Part shown: one piece after another, positions 13,201 to 24,591 of the stretch
Position numbering within the stretch: position 1 is the first letter of the stretch
Layout of the letters: every line of letters starts with the position of its first letter
NCBI GenBank assembly: GCA_038496445.1
Contig: JALMLS010000450.1
Location: 204,603 to 268,602 of the forward strand
Source: Trichosphaerium sp. ATCC 40318
Lineage: Eukaryota; Protista; Tubulinea
Direction of reading: 5' to 3'
DNA: 64,000 nucleotides
Position numbers and translations under genes: made by a program
Notes under the pieces: generated by a model
Seen by the model: only the letters and a program-made list of their open reading frames with translations
Database searches by the model: none
Told to the model about the DNA's origin: nothing

Positions 13201-16200
13201 CTTATTTGTTGATGCACCAACAACTCTTGAAGTTGATGTTCAATCCTTTAATGGCACTTGCAACCAGTCGCTGCTGACAGCATCTGTTGCAGACCCAGAA
13301 GGCAATGTTGAACAGATCCCAATTGACAAGAACACGTACAAGGACAAAGGAGATCAATTTACAATCACTTTCACTCCGTCTGTCCCTGGAGACTCCAAAG
13401 TATCCGTGAGCTATGATGGTGAACCTGTTCTAGAACATACTTGCTCTGTTGAAGAGAAAAAAGGTGCTTTACAACTATACTATTTACTTTCATTTACATT
13501 CTATTAGACCTTATGGCACAAATCGATATTACCCCAGATCACTTGATGATTAACGAGGATGCAAAGATTTCTCTCACACTTTCAGAAGCAAATGGTCGCG
13601 ATATTGAACCTCAAGCTGAAAAATTGAGTATTGTTCTTCGCAGTCCAGATGGTGCTGAAAACAAAACTGATCCATTGACAGCTCAAGATGATGGTACATT
13701 CAGTGTTGTGTTTGTACCAAAGGTCAATGGTACATATGATGTTGTTGCATTCTATGACGATGATAAAGTTGGAGGAAGAACTGTTGAAGTACACCGCCCT
13801 CTCAGTACGTATTGTGTAAAGTGTAACTGCAGTTGTACTTACATCTATTTAAGGATTGGAAGTGGAAGTGTGCGAATCACCAACTGTATTCTTTGTTGAC
13901 ACACCAACAAGTGTTGAGATTGAAATCAAGGCTTTGAATGGAAATTGTGATGATACTCTTCTATCAGCGACAGTTACAGATGCTGAGGGAAATAGTACAC
14001 CACTTACAATCTCCAAAAATTCAGAAAATGAAGATCAATATACAATCCCTTTTACTCCTTCTTCTTTGGGAGACAATATTGTTTCTGTAGTATACGGTAA
14101 TGAGAGTCCATTATTACAACACGTTTGCAGTGTCGAGCCACAAAAAGGTACAGGGCATGCTATCATTGACTTAGAAACTTACATCCATTAGAAATCACTG
14201 CTAAGGTTGACATCACACCTGATGATGTGGTTGTTGGCGATAAAACTACTGTGACAGTCATTCTATCAGAAACTGGTGGTCGTGATATCTCTCCTGACCT
14301 TGATAAACTCAAAGTTGTTCTCGCCAGCCAACCAACAACTTCATCATGTCAAATCAATGATACAACACAACAAGAAGATGGATCATTCACCACAACATTC
14401 ACACCTGACGTTGACGGTGACTATGATGTATCAGTATCTTATGACGGTGATAAGATTGGAGGTAGAGTTGTAAATGTAGATCAACCATTCCGTACGTTAC
14501 ACTTTTACAATACCTTTACACGTTCGCTAATATTCCAAAGGATTGGAGGTATCTCTTGTTGAAACACCAACAGTGTTATTTGCAGAATGTCCAACAACTC
14601 TTGAAGTTGAAGCAAAGGCGTTTAATGGTGACTGTGATGCCTCACTACTATCAGCAAGCGTTGCTGATCCAGAAGGCAATGTATCAACACTACCAATCAC
14701 AAAGAATGATGATAAAGAAGATCAATACACCATCGAGTTTACTCCATCATGTGTTGGTGACAACAAAGTATCTGTAAAATACGGTGATGATCCAGTTCTC
14801 GAACAGTCATTCAGTGTTGAACCAAAGAAAGGTGCGTTTACATTACTTTTGTTCACTCTTCATTCGTTTACTTACAAATACGATTAGAAGTTGTCGCTTC
14901 ACTTGATGTTACACCAGATAATGTTGTTGTCGGTGATGACACTCATGTCAAAATATTATTGAACGAATCAAGCGGTCGTGATATTGACATTGATTCTGAT
15001 AAATTGGTTGTCACCATTGTAAACCCTGATGGAACAAAAACACCTGTAGAGCCAGTCAAACTTGCTGATGGCTCTTATGATGTCGCTTTCTCACCAGAAG
15101 ACAATGGCAACTACAAGATTGACGTATCTTACGATGATGAGAAAGTCGGAGGACGATCAGTTCAAGTTGATACACCACTCAGTACGCTTACAGCTCTTGT
15201 AATTTTATTATTGTAGTTGAATTCTAAGTTTTCTTTTTAGGATTGGAAGTTTCTCTTGTTGAAGTTCCAACTGTATTATATGTTGACATACCTACAACTC
15301 TTGAAGTTGGAGTTGTGGCTTTCGATGGCGAATGCAATACTTCGTTATTGACAGCATCTATTGCAGACCCAGAAGGCAATGTCGAACAGATTCCAATTGA
15401 CAAGAACACGTACAAGGACAAAGGAGATCAATTTACAATCACTTTCACTCCAACAACTCACGGAGACTCCAAAGTATCTGTGAACTATGATGGTGAACCT
15501 GTTCTAGAACATACTTGCTCTGTTGAGCCTCAAAAAGGTACCTACAGCTGTAATGTTGTTTCAATATGCTGACGTTGTCCTAGACATTGTTGCTCAAGTC
15601 GACATTACACCAGATAGCATTGTCATGGGTCAAAAAGCAACAGTGAGCATTTCGCTTATTGAAGCAAATGGTCATTCAGTAGATTCTGAGTTACCTAAAA
15701 TATCAATCACCTTGGACTCTCCTGATGGATCCAAAGCGACAATAGCAGATTTAACCAGCATGCCGGATGGATCCTTTACTACGTCGTTCTTGGCTGATGT
15801 TGAAGGTCCATTTACCGTCACTGTGAAGCATGATGACTCTAAGGTCGGCGGTAGATCTGTAGTCGTTGACTTGCCACTTCGTACGCTTTTCAACCTTTCA
15901 AGTCTTTGTACTAAGTATTACTAGGGCTTGATGTTCAACTTCGGGATACGCCTGAAGAGTTTCCAGCCGATAAGCTTACAACTCTTGCATTTGATGTTAA
16001 TACAATCAAAGGCGTTATTGACCCATCTTGTCTAACAGCTTCTGTTGCTGGTTCTGATGGCGTGTTAGAGTCTATACCTGTTGATCAGATTAGCGATAAC
16101 CAATTCGCTGTTACTTTTAAACCAGCCTCTCTAGGAGATAATATTGTAACTCTAGTTTATGATGGAGAGCCAGTGTTGCAACATAGTTGCAATATTGAAG

Positions 16201-19200
16201 AACCAAAAGGTGCGTAAAAAATTATATGATTTGTGGATAGAATTTTGTTTGTTTTATTATTTTTGTTCTTGTTTGGTAGTCTAACTGTTGTATTTAGTTA
16301 TTAAAGCATCTGTTGATATCACACCGGATGATGTTGTAACCAACAAACCCACAACTGTAAATATTACCCTCAAAGAAGCCAGTAACCGTCCATTCAACAA
16401 TGACGTTTCAAAACTATCAGTTTCACTTGCTAGTATTCCTCCTGGTTCCAAGTGTTCCATTGGAGACGTTAAACAAGAAAAAGACGGTAGTTTTACCACG
16501 TCATTCACACCAGACGTCCCAGGCACTTTTGACTTGTCCATTACATACAATGATGAAAAAGTTGGCGGCACAAAACTTGTTGCTGAAACTCCATTGAGTA
16601 CATTTTGGTCCCATCACCGTTTTCTAATGTGATGTTTCAAGGACTCGACATACAACTGTGCGAAGTACCTACTGCGGTTTATGCCCAGTCTGTAACTTCG
16701 CTAGAAGTACAAATAAAGGCTTTTAATGGCAGCTGTGATGATTCTCTGTTGAGCGCTTGTTTCGTTGATGCTGATGGCAATACACAACCTGCCTCTATTA
16801 TCAAGAATGATGAGTCTCAAGAACAGTATACTATCTCATTTACACCAGAATCACCTGGTAAAGTGTCTGTATCTGTTCTTTATGATGATTCACCTGTTTT
16901 AAACCATGAGTGTAGTGTAGAACCTAAAAAAGGTAAGGAGGGGTTTTTTTTTGTGTTTTAGATTTTACGATATTCTAACTAAACTGGTTTCCTACAGAAA
17001 TTATTGCAAATGTGGATATTAGACCTGATGACATTAATGTTGGTACACCAGCAGTTGTTTCAATTGACCTTGTAGAAGCAGCAGGTCGAGAAATCGAACC
17101 TGATATGTCTAAATTGAACGTCGTATTGGTTGAACCTGATGGCTCTTGTACACCTTTAACTAATGTTGAAGTAAATCCAGATGGTACTATAACGCTTGGA
17201 TTTGTTCCAAAGACAGAAGGATCGTTCGACGTTGATGTTGTGTATGACAACGAGAAAGTGGGTGGCAGAAAAGTTGATGTTTCTCTTCCTTTCCGTGCGT
17301 TTTTAGCTAAAAAATCAAGACCTTGTTTGCTTAACTTTTGATTCATAGGAGTTGATGCTCAAGTCACTCTTCCTGATGATATTCTCGAAGGTGAGAAATC
17401 AACTATTGTCTTCAAAGTCAAGGGTGTCAATGGTGAAATGGACATTTCAAAAATTAAAGGTACCCTTGTAAAGGGTAACATTGATGATTACTCCGGAAAC
17501 CATGATGACTTGTCACCTGCTGAAGTATCACATAATGGAAACGATACTGTGTTTGTTGATATTAGGCCTACAAAAGTTGGAGACCATGCTGTTGCGTTAT
17601 CATATGACGACAAGGAACAAATTTGTCAAGTTCCAATAAGTGTCTCTCCTGATGTTGGTATGTTCTTTCTTGATATTTTATTCGAAATTGTTCAGTTACT
17701 AATACACATACAGCACCTCATGCTACCATTGGAGAACCAGAAATATATGTGGAAAGCAGTTCTGATAAATTGAGTGTACCTGTAAGCGTAGTAGACGCTA
17801 TCTCAGGTCAACCTGTATCAGATGTTTCCAACTTAAAAGCGTCAATAATCGATGCTGATGGCAATAAGTCGGAAGCTTCATTAGAACAAGTTAAGCCTGG
17901 TGAATTCCGAGCTGTTGGTTCTCCTCAAGGAAATCCTCCTTATGATGTTTGCATTGAATACAAGGACAAGGAGATAGCGCGCAAAGAGCTTGACCTTAAC
18001 AAACGTACTTAACCACACTATACAGTTCTAATCTTTTTACAGCTGCTGTAATTGTTATTGGTGAACATGATGTTGCTGTAGCTGGTGACCCAGTTTCTTT
18101 ATCTGTGTCTGTTCAAGATGACACCGGAAAAGCTGTAGATCCAGATGTTATGCGTCTAAAGGCATATGTTGTTAATGAGAACACTGGTGACACTGTACCA
18201 GTTGAGGTAAAGAAAGAAGACGGTAAGGTACTTGTATCATTTGTACCAACGTCTGCTGGAAAATTCCCTGTCGTTGTGACATGTGATAACGTCACAGCGA
18301 AGCAGGATGTTGCCGTATTTGACAGTAAAGATAAAGGTACTCATCACAAACAACTCGTTTTGATCTTTTTGGCTAACCTTTGCTTCAAATAGAACCGAAA
18401 CCTAATAAGAAGTATTACTTTGATATTGATATTGGCAATAGAGCACAGAATGATGTAAAGGTATTACTACTTTGTTAGAAATTTCGTGATGTTTACCTCT
18501 CTTTGTGCTAACTTGTAGTTTTTTAGGTTGAGTTGTTCACTCCTAGTAGTCAAAGATTGAAATGTGAACTTGTACCAACAAGCTCAACTACTATAAGATG
18601 TACCTATACACCTGAAGATGATGGAGACCATAATGTATCTATTGTATATAATGAAGAACTTCTGACAGATAAACCACTATCGCTTCAAGTGGCAGGCAAG
18701 TTTCAAACAACCAACAAGAACTATTTTTTGTTAAATGTCGGCTTAGGTGATGAGGACAGTACTGATGATACTGGTATGGTGAAGATGCCAGCAAGTACTG
18801 TTTGTATACCTTCAGAATATAGTGATATAGATATCAAGGGCGATGAAGTTATCGAGTTAAAAGAAGACTACAAAGCAGAGAACAAAGGTTCGCTATTGTT
18901 TTTTTTTTAGTTCAACTTGTTAAATGTTGTTTTACAGATGACCTTGCTCCACTATGGTCTTATATCATACCTTACTTGATTCTTGTCGCTATGACAGTAA
19001 TTACATCTACGTGGTTGGCCAGTGTGTACTTTAAGCATAAACCAACATGTGGTAACCTTGATACTTTCATGGTAAGATACTTGTATTTTTCTCATTAAGA
19101 TTTTAACTAACACGCTTTTTGTAGATTATTGCTTCCATTGTACAACTTATTGATGTGGGTCTGTTGGGTGGTGTGTTATTTAAAGTAATTAGACCACGAC

Positions 19201-19661
19201 ATAAAGCTAAAGTGTATAAAAGAAATCCAACACCGCTCACCAAAGCTGATTTGTACGTCAACCTTTGGGGTTTTTTTGCATTTTGATTTTGTGCTAACGC
19301 TCTTCAAAGGGCTATAAGCGGTTCCTGGATAGTTGGCACTCTTGGTTATATCGCTTGGTTCATAGTTGGTAATGCGTGGTTCTGGCAAGTGAGTAAAGCA
19401 GCGTGTGTTACGCCTGTGTATAACTCTATGCTTGGTACGTTATTGTGATTTTTTTTCTGGGGTTTTTTCTAAATTATCTTGTTAGTCTATGTTATCGCTA
19501 TGTACTTGGTAATGGCTCTTTCTGGAACTCTTATTGCTGTGTTTATTCTACGAAGAGTATTTAAGGAACCAACGCCTTATGTGACAGATAGAACTTTATC
19601 TACAATTGAGTTTGAAAGAGAGATTGACGTTCCATACGCTGATCAAACAAATGACTTGTAA
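4216..19661 (+). CDS. Giant filamin/ABP-120-like protein: two CH domains, about 38 filamin-type Ig repeats, C-terminal four-TM domain
   Basis: CH1: WVRSQKRAFTGWCNTHL...DLQKDFENGLVLIALLE...VDGNLKLILGMIW. CH2: SWQDGRVFTALVD...LGVPKILEPED...PDELAMITYISYF. Then about 38 acidic ~95-aa exons with motifs such as DGSFTxTFTPxxxGxYxVxVSYD, then hydrophobic exons at 18938-19661 joined in frame. Confidence 0.85.
10374..15537 (+). repeat. About 2.1-kb intragenic super-repeat of six Ig exons, present in about 2.5 copies
   Basis: Near-identical blocks at an offset of 2099 nt (ORF 10617 vs 12716; 10780 vs 12879). A third partial copy starts at 14541. The intron gtacgtttacattacttttgt...acgattag recurs at 10664 and 12763, with a close variant at 14832. 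Confidence 0.9.
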
Positions 19662-20614
19662 TTTATGAAATAAAATAAAAACCGAGTATTGTACAAAAAC
19701 AGAAGGCAATGGTATTTAAACTATCTTGAACTATATAGCACAGATAGAGCGTGTTCTAAAGTATTCAAATTAACTACCAATCTCACGCAGAGGCACAAAC
19801 TTAATTAAGTAAGTACGTGCGTACAAGATCCATCTGGCGAAGCAAAAAGCTCACTGAGTAATAAATCTTTGTTGGTGAGGCGATTTCTCCTTTTGTTTTT
19901 TTGTTTAGTAGCTACTTGTCCATACCCTGCCGGATAAAAAGGGGTATGGGTACTGCTTTTGGCTGTGGTTGAACACGATCATGCGATCGTCATCATAACT
20001 CAATTGTGGATATTCCTACCAGTTTTGGATACTTTGGATTTCAGTAACTACGACATTATGATATTCTTGACTTTTTGGTACAACAGCGGCTACGTTTAAG
20101 AACGTAGAAAATGAAAGCCCACAAGTTGTCCCTAAACAAAATGTAGGTTAGAATTCTCCTTTGAAATGTGTACCCAAATCCCGAAGTTAGTAGACGTCAT
20201 TTACAAGCGCCTTTGATGTGCTATTTACCTCGTTAAAAGACCAAAAAAGGTTTTTTCGGTAACGCGGCTTTAAAATGTCTCTAAAGAATTCTAACGTGTT
20301 TTGTTTCCTTTCATGCTGTTGCACGTTGTATTAATAACGTACACAACAGCCCTAACGTTCTAGAAACTGATTTCTTTTTTAAACTGTAGTACAGTTTCTA
20401 AAACAAGGTATTCAATTATATAGCGGGTGGAGTAGGTATTTGACTAAAATAAACAGAGTTTGAGTCAAAAAACGAGAATTATTGTTTTTCTTATTTTCTC
20501 AACTATCTCCTATGCGAAATCGACGCTAGGCATAGACACTGTACAATATGTACAAGCATATGGTAGAGTTTAAGCTTATTTCTCGTCAAAGACATTTTGC
20601 CTAATGTAGAAAAC

Positions 20615-20652
20615 AGAAAAACGCTCGCAAACAAGCTTGCGAGCGTTTTTCT
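20615..20652. repeat. Perfect 16-bp inverted repeat (hairpin) with 6-nt loop
   Basis: AGAAAAACGCTCGCAA-acaagc-TTGCGAGCGTTTTTCT in intergenic DNA. Confidence 0.9.
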
Positions 20653-20890
20653 TGGCGTTCTCCGAGAATCGTATTAAAAAGGAGGTGTTTCTCCTAAAAT
20701 TACTCTGAAGTCATTATTTCTGTAAACCATGCATACGGTTACATTGATAATGATACTGTTTATAACTATAGATACTTTAAAGCTCGTTTTCAAAAAATGA
20801 AATGAGAGAAAACACTTCAAAAAAGGCAAGAGCTCGAAATTTGGATGCTTTTTTGACCTAATTTAGAAACCTACTTACAGTTCAAGAGAT

Positions 20891-21319
20891 ATGCAGCTTC
20901 AGCAGTTCAACTTTGATGTTTTACAACCATTGGGATCTAATGGAAAGAATAAAGGTTCTCACAAACCGAGGCAAAAAAGAGAAAAGATGCCGCCTTTGTA
21001 TACTGTACATAAATTAGAGTGCAGCGACGGCGTTACTGTTTCTCTTACAATACAAGGAGTATATAGTAATCTAGACTTCGTTTCACCATCTACCGATACA
21101 AATGATGATATGGGATATGATACTATCCGAGCTAAACCAGCTACACATTTCGTACCAGTACAGAATATAACATTTAAGAAACAAAATAATAGCACAATCG
21201 CAAAGAAGACAAAATTACGCGTTTTGCGTCGACCTTTGGTGACGAGACTTTCTCCACCTCTTCCCGGGAACCGTAGCTATCTAGAACAAATATCTTACGT
21301 GCTATCCGGTAGGCGGTGA
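20891..21319 (+). CDS. Hypothetical basic protein, 142 aa, intronless
   Basis: ATG-initiated 142-codon ORF in otherwise stop-rich DNA. No recognisable domain. Confidence 0.5.
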   Translation: MQLQQFNFDVLQPLGSNGKNKGSHKPRQKREKMPPLYTVHKLECSDGVTVSLTIQGVYSNLDFVSPSTDTNDDMGYDTIRAKPATHFVPVQNITFKKQNNSTIAKKTKLRVLRRPLVTRLSPPLPGNRSYLEQISYVLSGRR

Positions 21320-21967
21320 TGAAAAATCTGCCAAACAAAAAAAACCCAACTCAGTCGGAAAAACTATTTTGAAAATCGAAGACTGCTAATGCTTATTGCA
21401 CACGTGTACACTTGTAAAAAGAAAAGAAAAAACAACACCTCTCACCTATATGTTTAACTATGGCGTAATTCAAATAAAAATACTTCAATGCTACACTTGC
21501 AGTTACTCCTTCTTTTTACTCCTTTTTTTGGAAAACAAAAAAACCAAATAGTCACTAATATAGTACGTTATCCTACAATATTAATAAAGTATACAATTAC
21601 TTTCGGGATTTGGCGTTAGAATACTTGTTGTAATAATTACATTATTTACTGGTTGCACTTGACTTAAGCCGCATAGCTATTTACTGGAATTTTCAGGCAT
21701 TTCCCTTAAAAGGTTACCCTTTTTCAGTTGAAGATAGAAACTAGCTGGAGTAAACTGCTAGCGTATTGAAGTTTCTTATATTAGAACACAATGTATAAAC
21801 TGGTAGCTACAGACTCACAGAAGATTTTGTGCGCGCACAGACAAGTTGACTTTGGAATTTCGGTGAATGCTCTATTTGTTGATTGTGGATATCCTGTTTT
21901 ATTCGTAGTACTGAATCAAGGAGGTAGAACTACTACCCAGCATATGTTAAGTTGCTTCAATAATGAG

Positions 21968-23130
21968 TTAACTTTCGGCTACTAACTTTAATCCTCTGAC
22001 AGAGAACGTTCCATCTGAAGCCAACTGAGTGCCGGAAATAGAAACAACTCGAACCTATAAAAAAAAACCATTAAATCACTTCAACGTGTATTCTACATAC
22101 CGAAGGTATTCTCCATTCCTTCAAAGTTATAGCATTGCCGTCAATAGTAGTCAATACGCTCTACCAAGGACAAGTCAACAGACCGTTACAATACAAAACT
22201 AATCAACTAAAACAGATTTAAAGTACTTACCAATACTATATCATCATAAATAAGTCTGCCACTTCTGAACGCAAGTGAGGATCCCATCCACAAACCAAGT
22301 TGCCCTCCAAAATCGCTTACAAGATTCACGACACTATAGACTTGGCCAGCTAAACAGTGTTAAATTGAGTTGGCCAAGCTGATTTTGACCACTTGCATGA
22401 GTCTGGAGTATACGTGTATCCTCCTGTGTACTGCATTCCTTCGAATACTGCGCTAAAAGTACTACTCCGCAGTGATACTTGGTAAGGAAATTGATGTGGT
22501 GGAGGCGGTGGCAGAGCATCTGTCGAAGATTGTGTTGAACCATGTGCTATTGGTTCAAAGTCGTCAAAAGAGAAAGTGATCCGTTGTACAGCACTATTTT
22601 GAGAAACCTCATAGGTGATTTCTTTAGGATAACACTGAAGCCTGAGATTAGACAATGAAAATCTTAATAGTTCGTACACCAAACAGCATGTGCGATACGC
22701 CATGAGTCGAACTAGACAAACCCCACTCTTTCTGAAGTGTCTTAGTACCCATGTTGTATTCATGAGAAACGTACCAAAATGACGTTTTTTCTACCTATTC
22801 TAGGAGATTGAATCATTTGGTTTTGCCAAGACTCAAATACATCGTCGTTGATTAATCCTCGTTCTAATGTAAAATCGCGAGTACTATATACTAAGAAGCT
22901 GTTAGAGCAGTTTGGACGATTAATAGTAGTAACAGAAGCTGCGCCTTACATCCATCAACGAACATAGCTTCAGGGATCTCTGCAATACCAGCAGAAAATA
23001 AATCAATGTCATTGGGATGATTATAATCTGAGCTTATAAACTGTAGCGTAAAGCGTGAAGAGCTGCCTTCTACTAACCATATTGTAATCGCAGAGTAGTA
23101 CGCAAACGTAAGAAGTGTTGCTAACCTCAT
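21968..23130 (-). CDS. Secreted protein (287 aa, 7 exons) with two tandem T4 gp19/Afp1-5-like phage tail-tube domains
   Basis: Exons 23130-22950, 22890-22775, 22740-22678, 22634-22397, 22349-22231, 22160-22101 and 22054-21968 sum to 864 nt with no internal stop. Signal peptide MRLATLLTFAYYSAITIWLVEG. Domain 1: RFTLQF...AGIAEI...FTLERGLINDDVFESWQNQ...RKNVILTLQKEWG...MLFGCYPKE...SAVQRITFSFDDFE. Then a Pro linker. Domain 2: YQVSL...AVFEGM...YSVVNL...LGLW...DIVLSVL...DG...EWRI...SISGTQLASDGTFSVRGLKLVAE. Confidence 0.7.
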
Positions 23131-23161
23131 TTCAGTATCTTCAAAAAACAATCAGCAATGT

Positions 23162-23220
23162 CACGTGAAATTATTGGAAGAGTATGTATATTCACTATCT
23201 ATCATTAGCTTGGTCACGTG
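23162..23220. promoter_or_regulatory. Pair of CACGTG (E-box/G-box) motifs just upstream of the tail-tube-like gene
   Basis: CACGTG at 23162 and 23215, 32 and 85 nt upstream of the ATG at 23130. The same motif lies upstream of several other genes in the window. Confidence 0.4.
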
Positions 23221-23526
23221 GAATTGAATTTCCGCAAACTCCATATTTTTTCAAGTAGCACTCTTGCTTGGACTAAATCGCTTCATTGAAAACCGTTGGT
23301 TAACAAATATATTTAGTCTACTGGGACATCTCTTAAAGCACTCATGACTAATATCAATCCACGCTATCATCATTCTAACAGGCTAAAATCAGAGCTGGCT
23401 TAAAATAATCTCTATACAGCTCATCGCCTTATATGTAGATCACAACACCAATATACACTATCTCGAACGACGCACTTGTATTTCTTTTTATTTTTCTATG
23501 TACACGTGACAAAAACCAAAAAGGTT

Positions 23527-24208
23527 TTACTGTGCACTTCCTTGCTTTTTTGTCAGCTCCTTTGCATCGTCGCTCGATATTATAGGTGGTGCAAACCAGT
23601 TATTACCATCCTTCATCTCTTCTTGAGCCCATTTATCAATCCTGGCACTAAGTCTTTGTTTAGATTGTGTAACAAAAAAAAAAAACGAGTACTTACAATT
23701 TCGTGCCATAAGCAAGGTCGTAGTTAAACGCTGTCACTATAGATAACCCCACAAATGGTCCCCACAAGAAAGGATTTTTCTGTACAATGTGTAAAGCGCT
23801 TGCAGCACATCCAACAAGAGCTGCACTGCCTAAAATGAAAATTACTAACTGCTTAAATAACGACAACCCGAAAACGTATTAGATTACGAAATGAAGCTCA
23901 TAAAAGCGTTTTTGTGGTAATAAAAGGCGTACCGCCGAACCACATTGTTCTATCTTTTGCCATTGCTTTTTGATAAGCCATTTGTTGCCTCATCATGCGT
24001 TGTTGCCCTCGCATCATGTTTCTAACCGCGAGTTAGTCAATTGTCGTTTGCTAGTCGTAAAATAGTTGGAGATAACCAATACATGGTAAAATAAGTGCTT
24101 TCTAGCATTAGTAGTGGTTACGTACATCCATTGAAGCTCCATCATCTCTTTTTGTAGACTCCGTTGGGTTTTAACCATTGACTCTGCTATTGAGTTACCT
24201 ATTCCCAT
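23527..24208 (-). CDS. PLGRKT: Plasminogen receptor KT (DUF2368) family small membrane protein
   Basis: MGIGNSIAESMVKTQRSLQKEMM...RQQMAYQKAMAKDRTMWFG...PFVGLSIVTAFNYDLAYGTKL matches the family pattern (RQMAMQIA...; P...L...YDLxYG). Confidence 0.75.
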
Positions 24209-24591
24209 GTTGCTTTATACGTTGTGTTATTTGTAGTTTGATTATTGCGATGTGTAACAGTATAGAAAACTCGTTTATTTTCGGCACTTTTGTTGTGCCA
24301 CCGGTGGATTTATTGTTCAAAATTGAAAAACTGTAGGACAGTATTCTCACAACTATTGTACAATAAAATTGTATTAAAACAAAAAAATACCAAACAAAGC
24401 AAGAATACGGGCAATACATTTGTCCAAAAACGAATAATTTTCATAAAAACGCAATATTATCAAAAAAAGGTGATTTTACCACGTGGATACTATTAGTAAC
24501 CAAAATATTCCACGTGGAGTATTGTGTACTAAAAACCTATTACCAACAATCTCAGGTACATGTACAACTTTATTTAATGATATATAATAAG

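Noticed and set aside
10374-15537. Regular repeats that might suggest a CRISPR array or satellite
   Set aside because: Units are ~300-nt coding exons plus introns, not short repeats with unique spacers.
5539-18295. Numerous minus-strand and alternate-frame ORFs over the filamin gene
   Set aside because: Antisense or frame shadows of repetitive coding exons, with no independent motifs.
19740-20230. Possible small spliced gene on the minus strand (GTTCGLSFSTFLNVAAVVP...)
   Set aside because: Could not build a consistent start and splice phase, and no recognisable domain.
22270-22345. YSVVNLVSDFGGQLGLWMGSS closely resembles the DEG/ENaC channel pre-TM2 signature (DFGGQLGLW.G.S)
   Set aside because: It is not followed by a hydrophobic TM2 helix, and there is no TM1 or Cys-rich ectodomain. 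The segment fits the strand-helix-Trp position of the second tube-like domain. Treated as coincidence, though a profile search should confirm.
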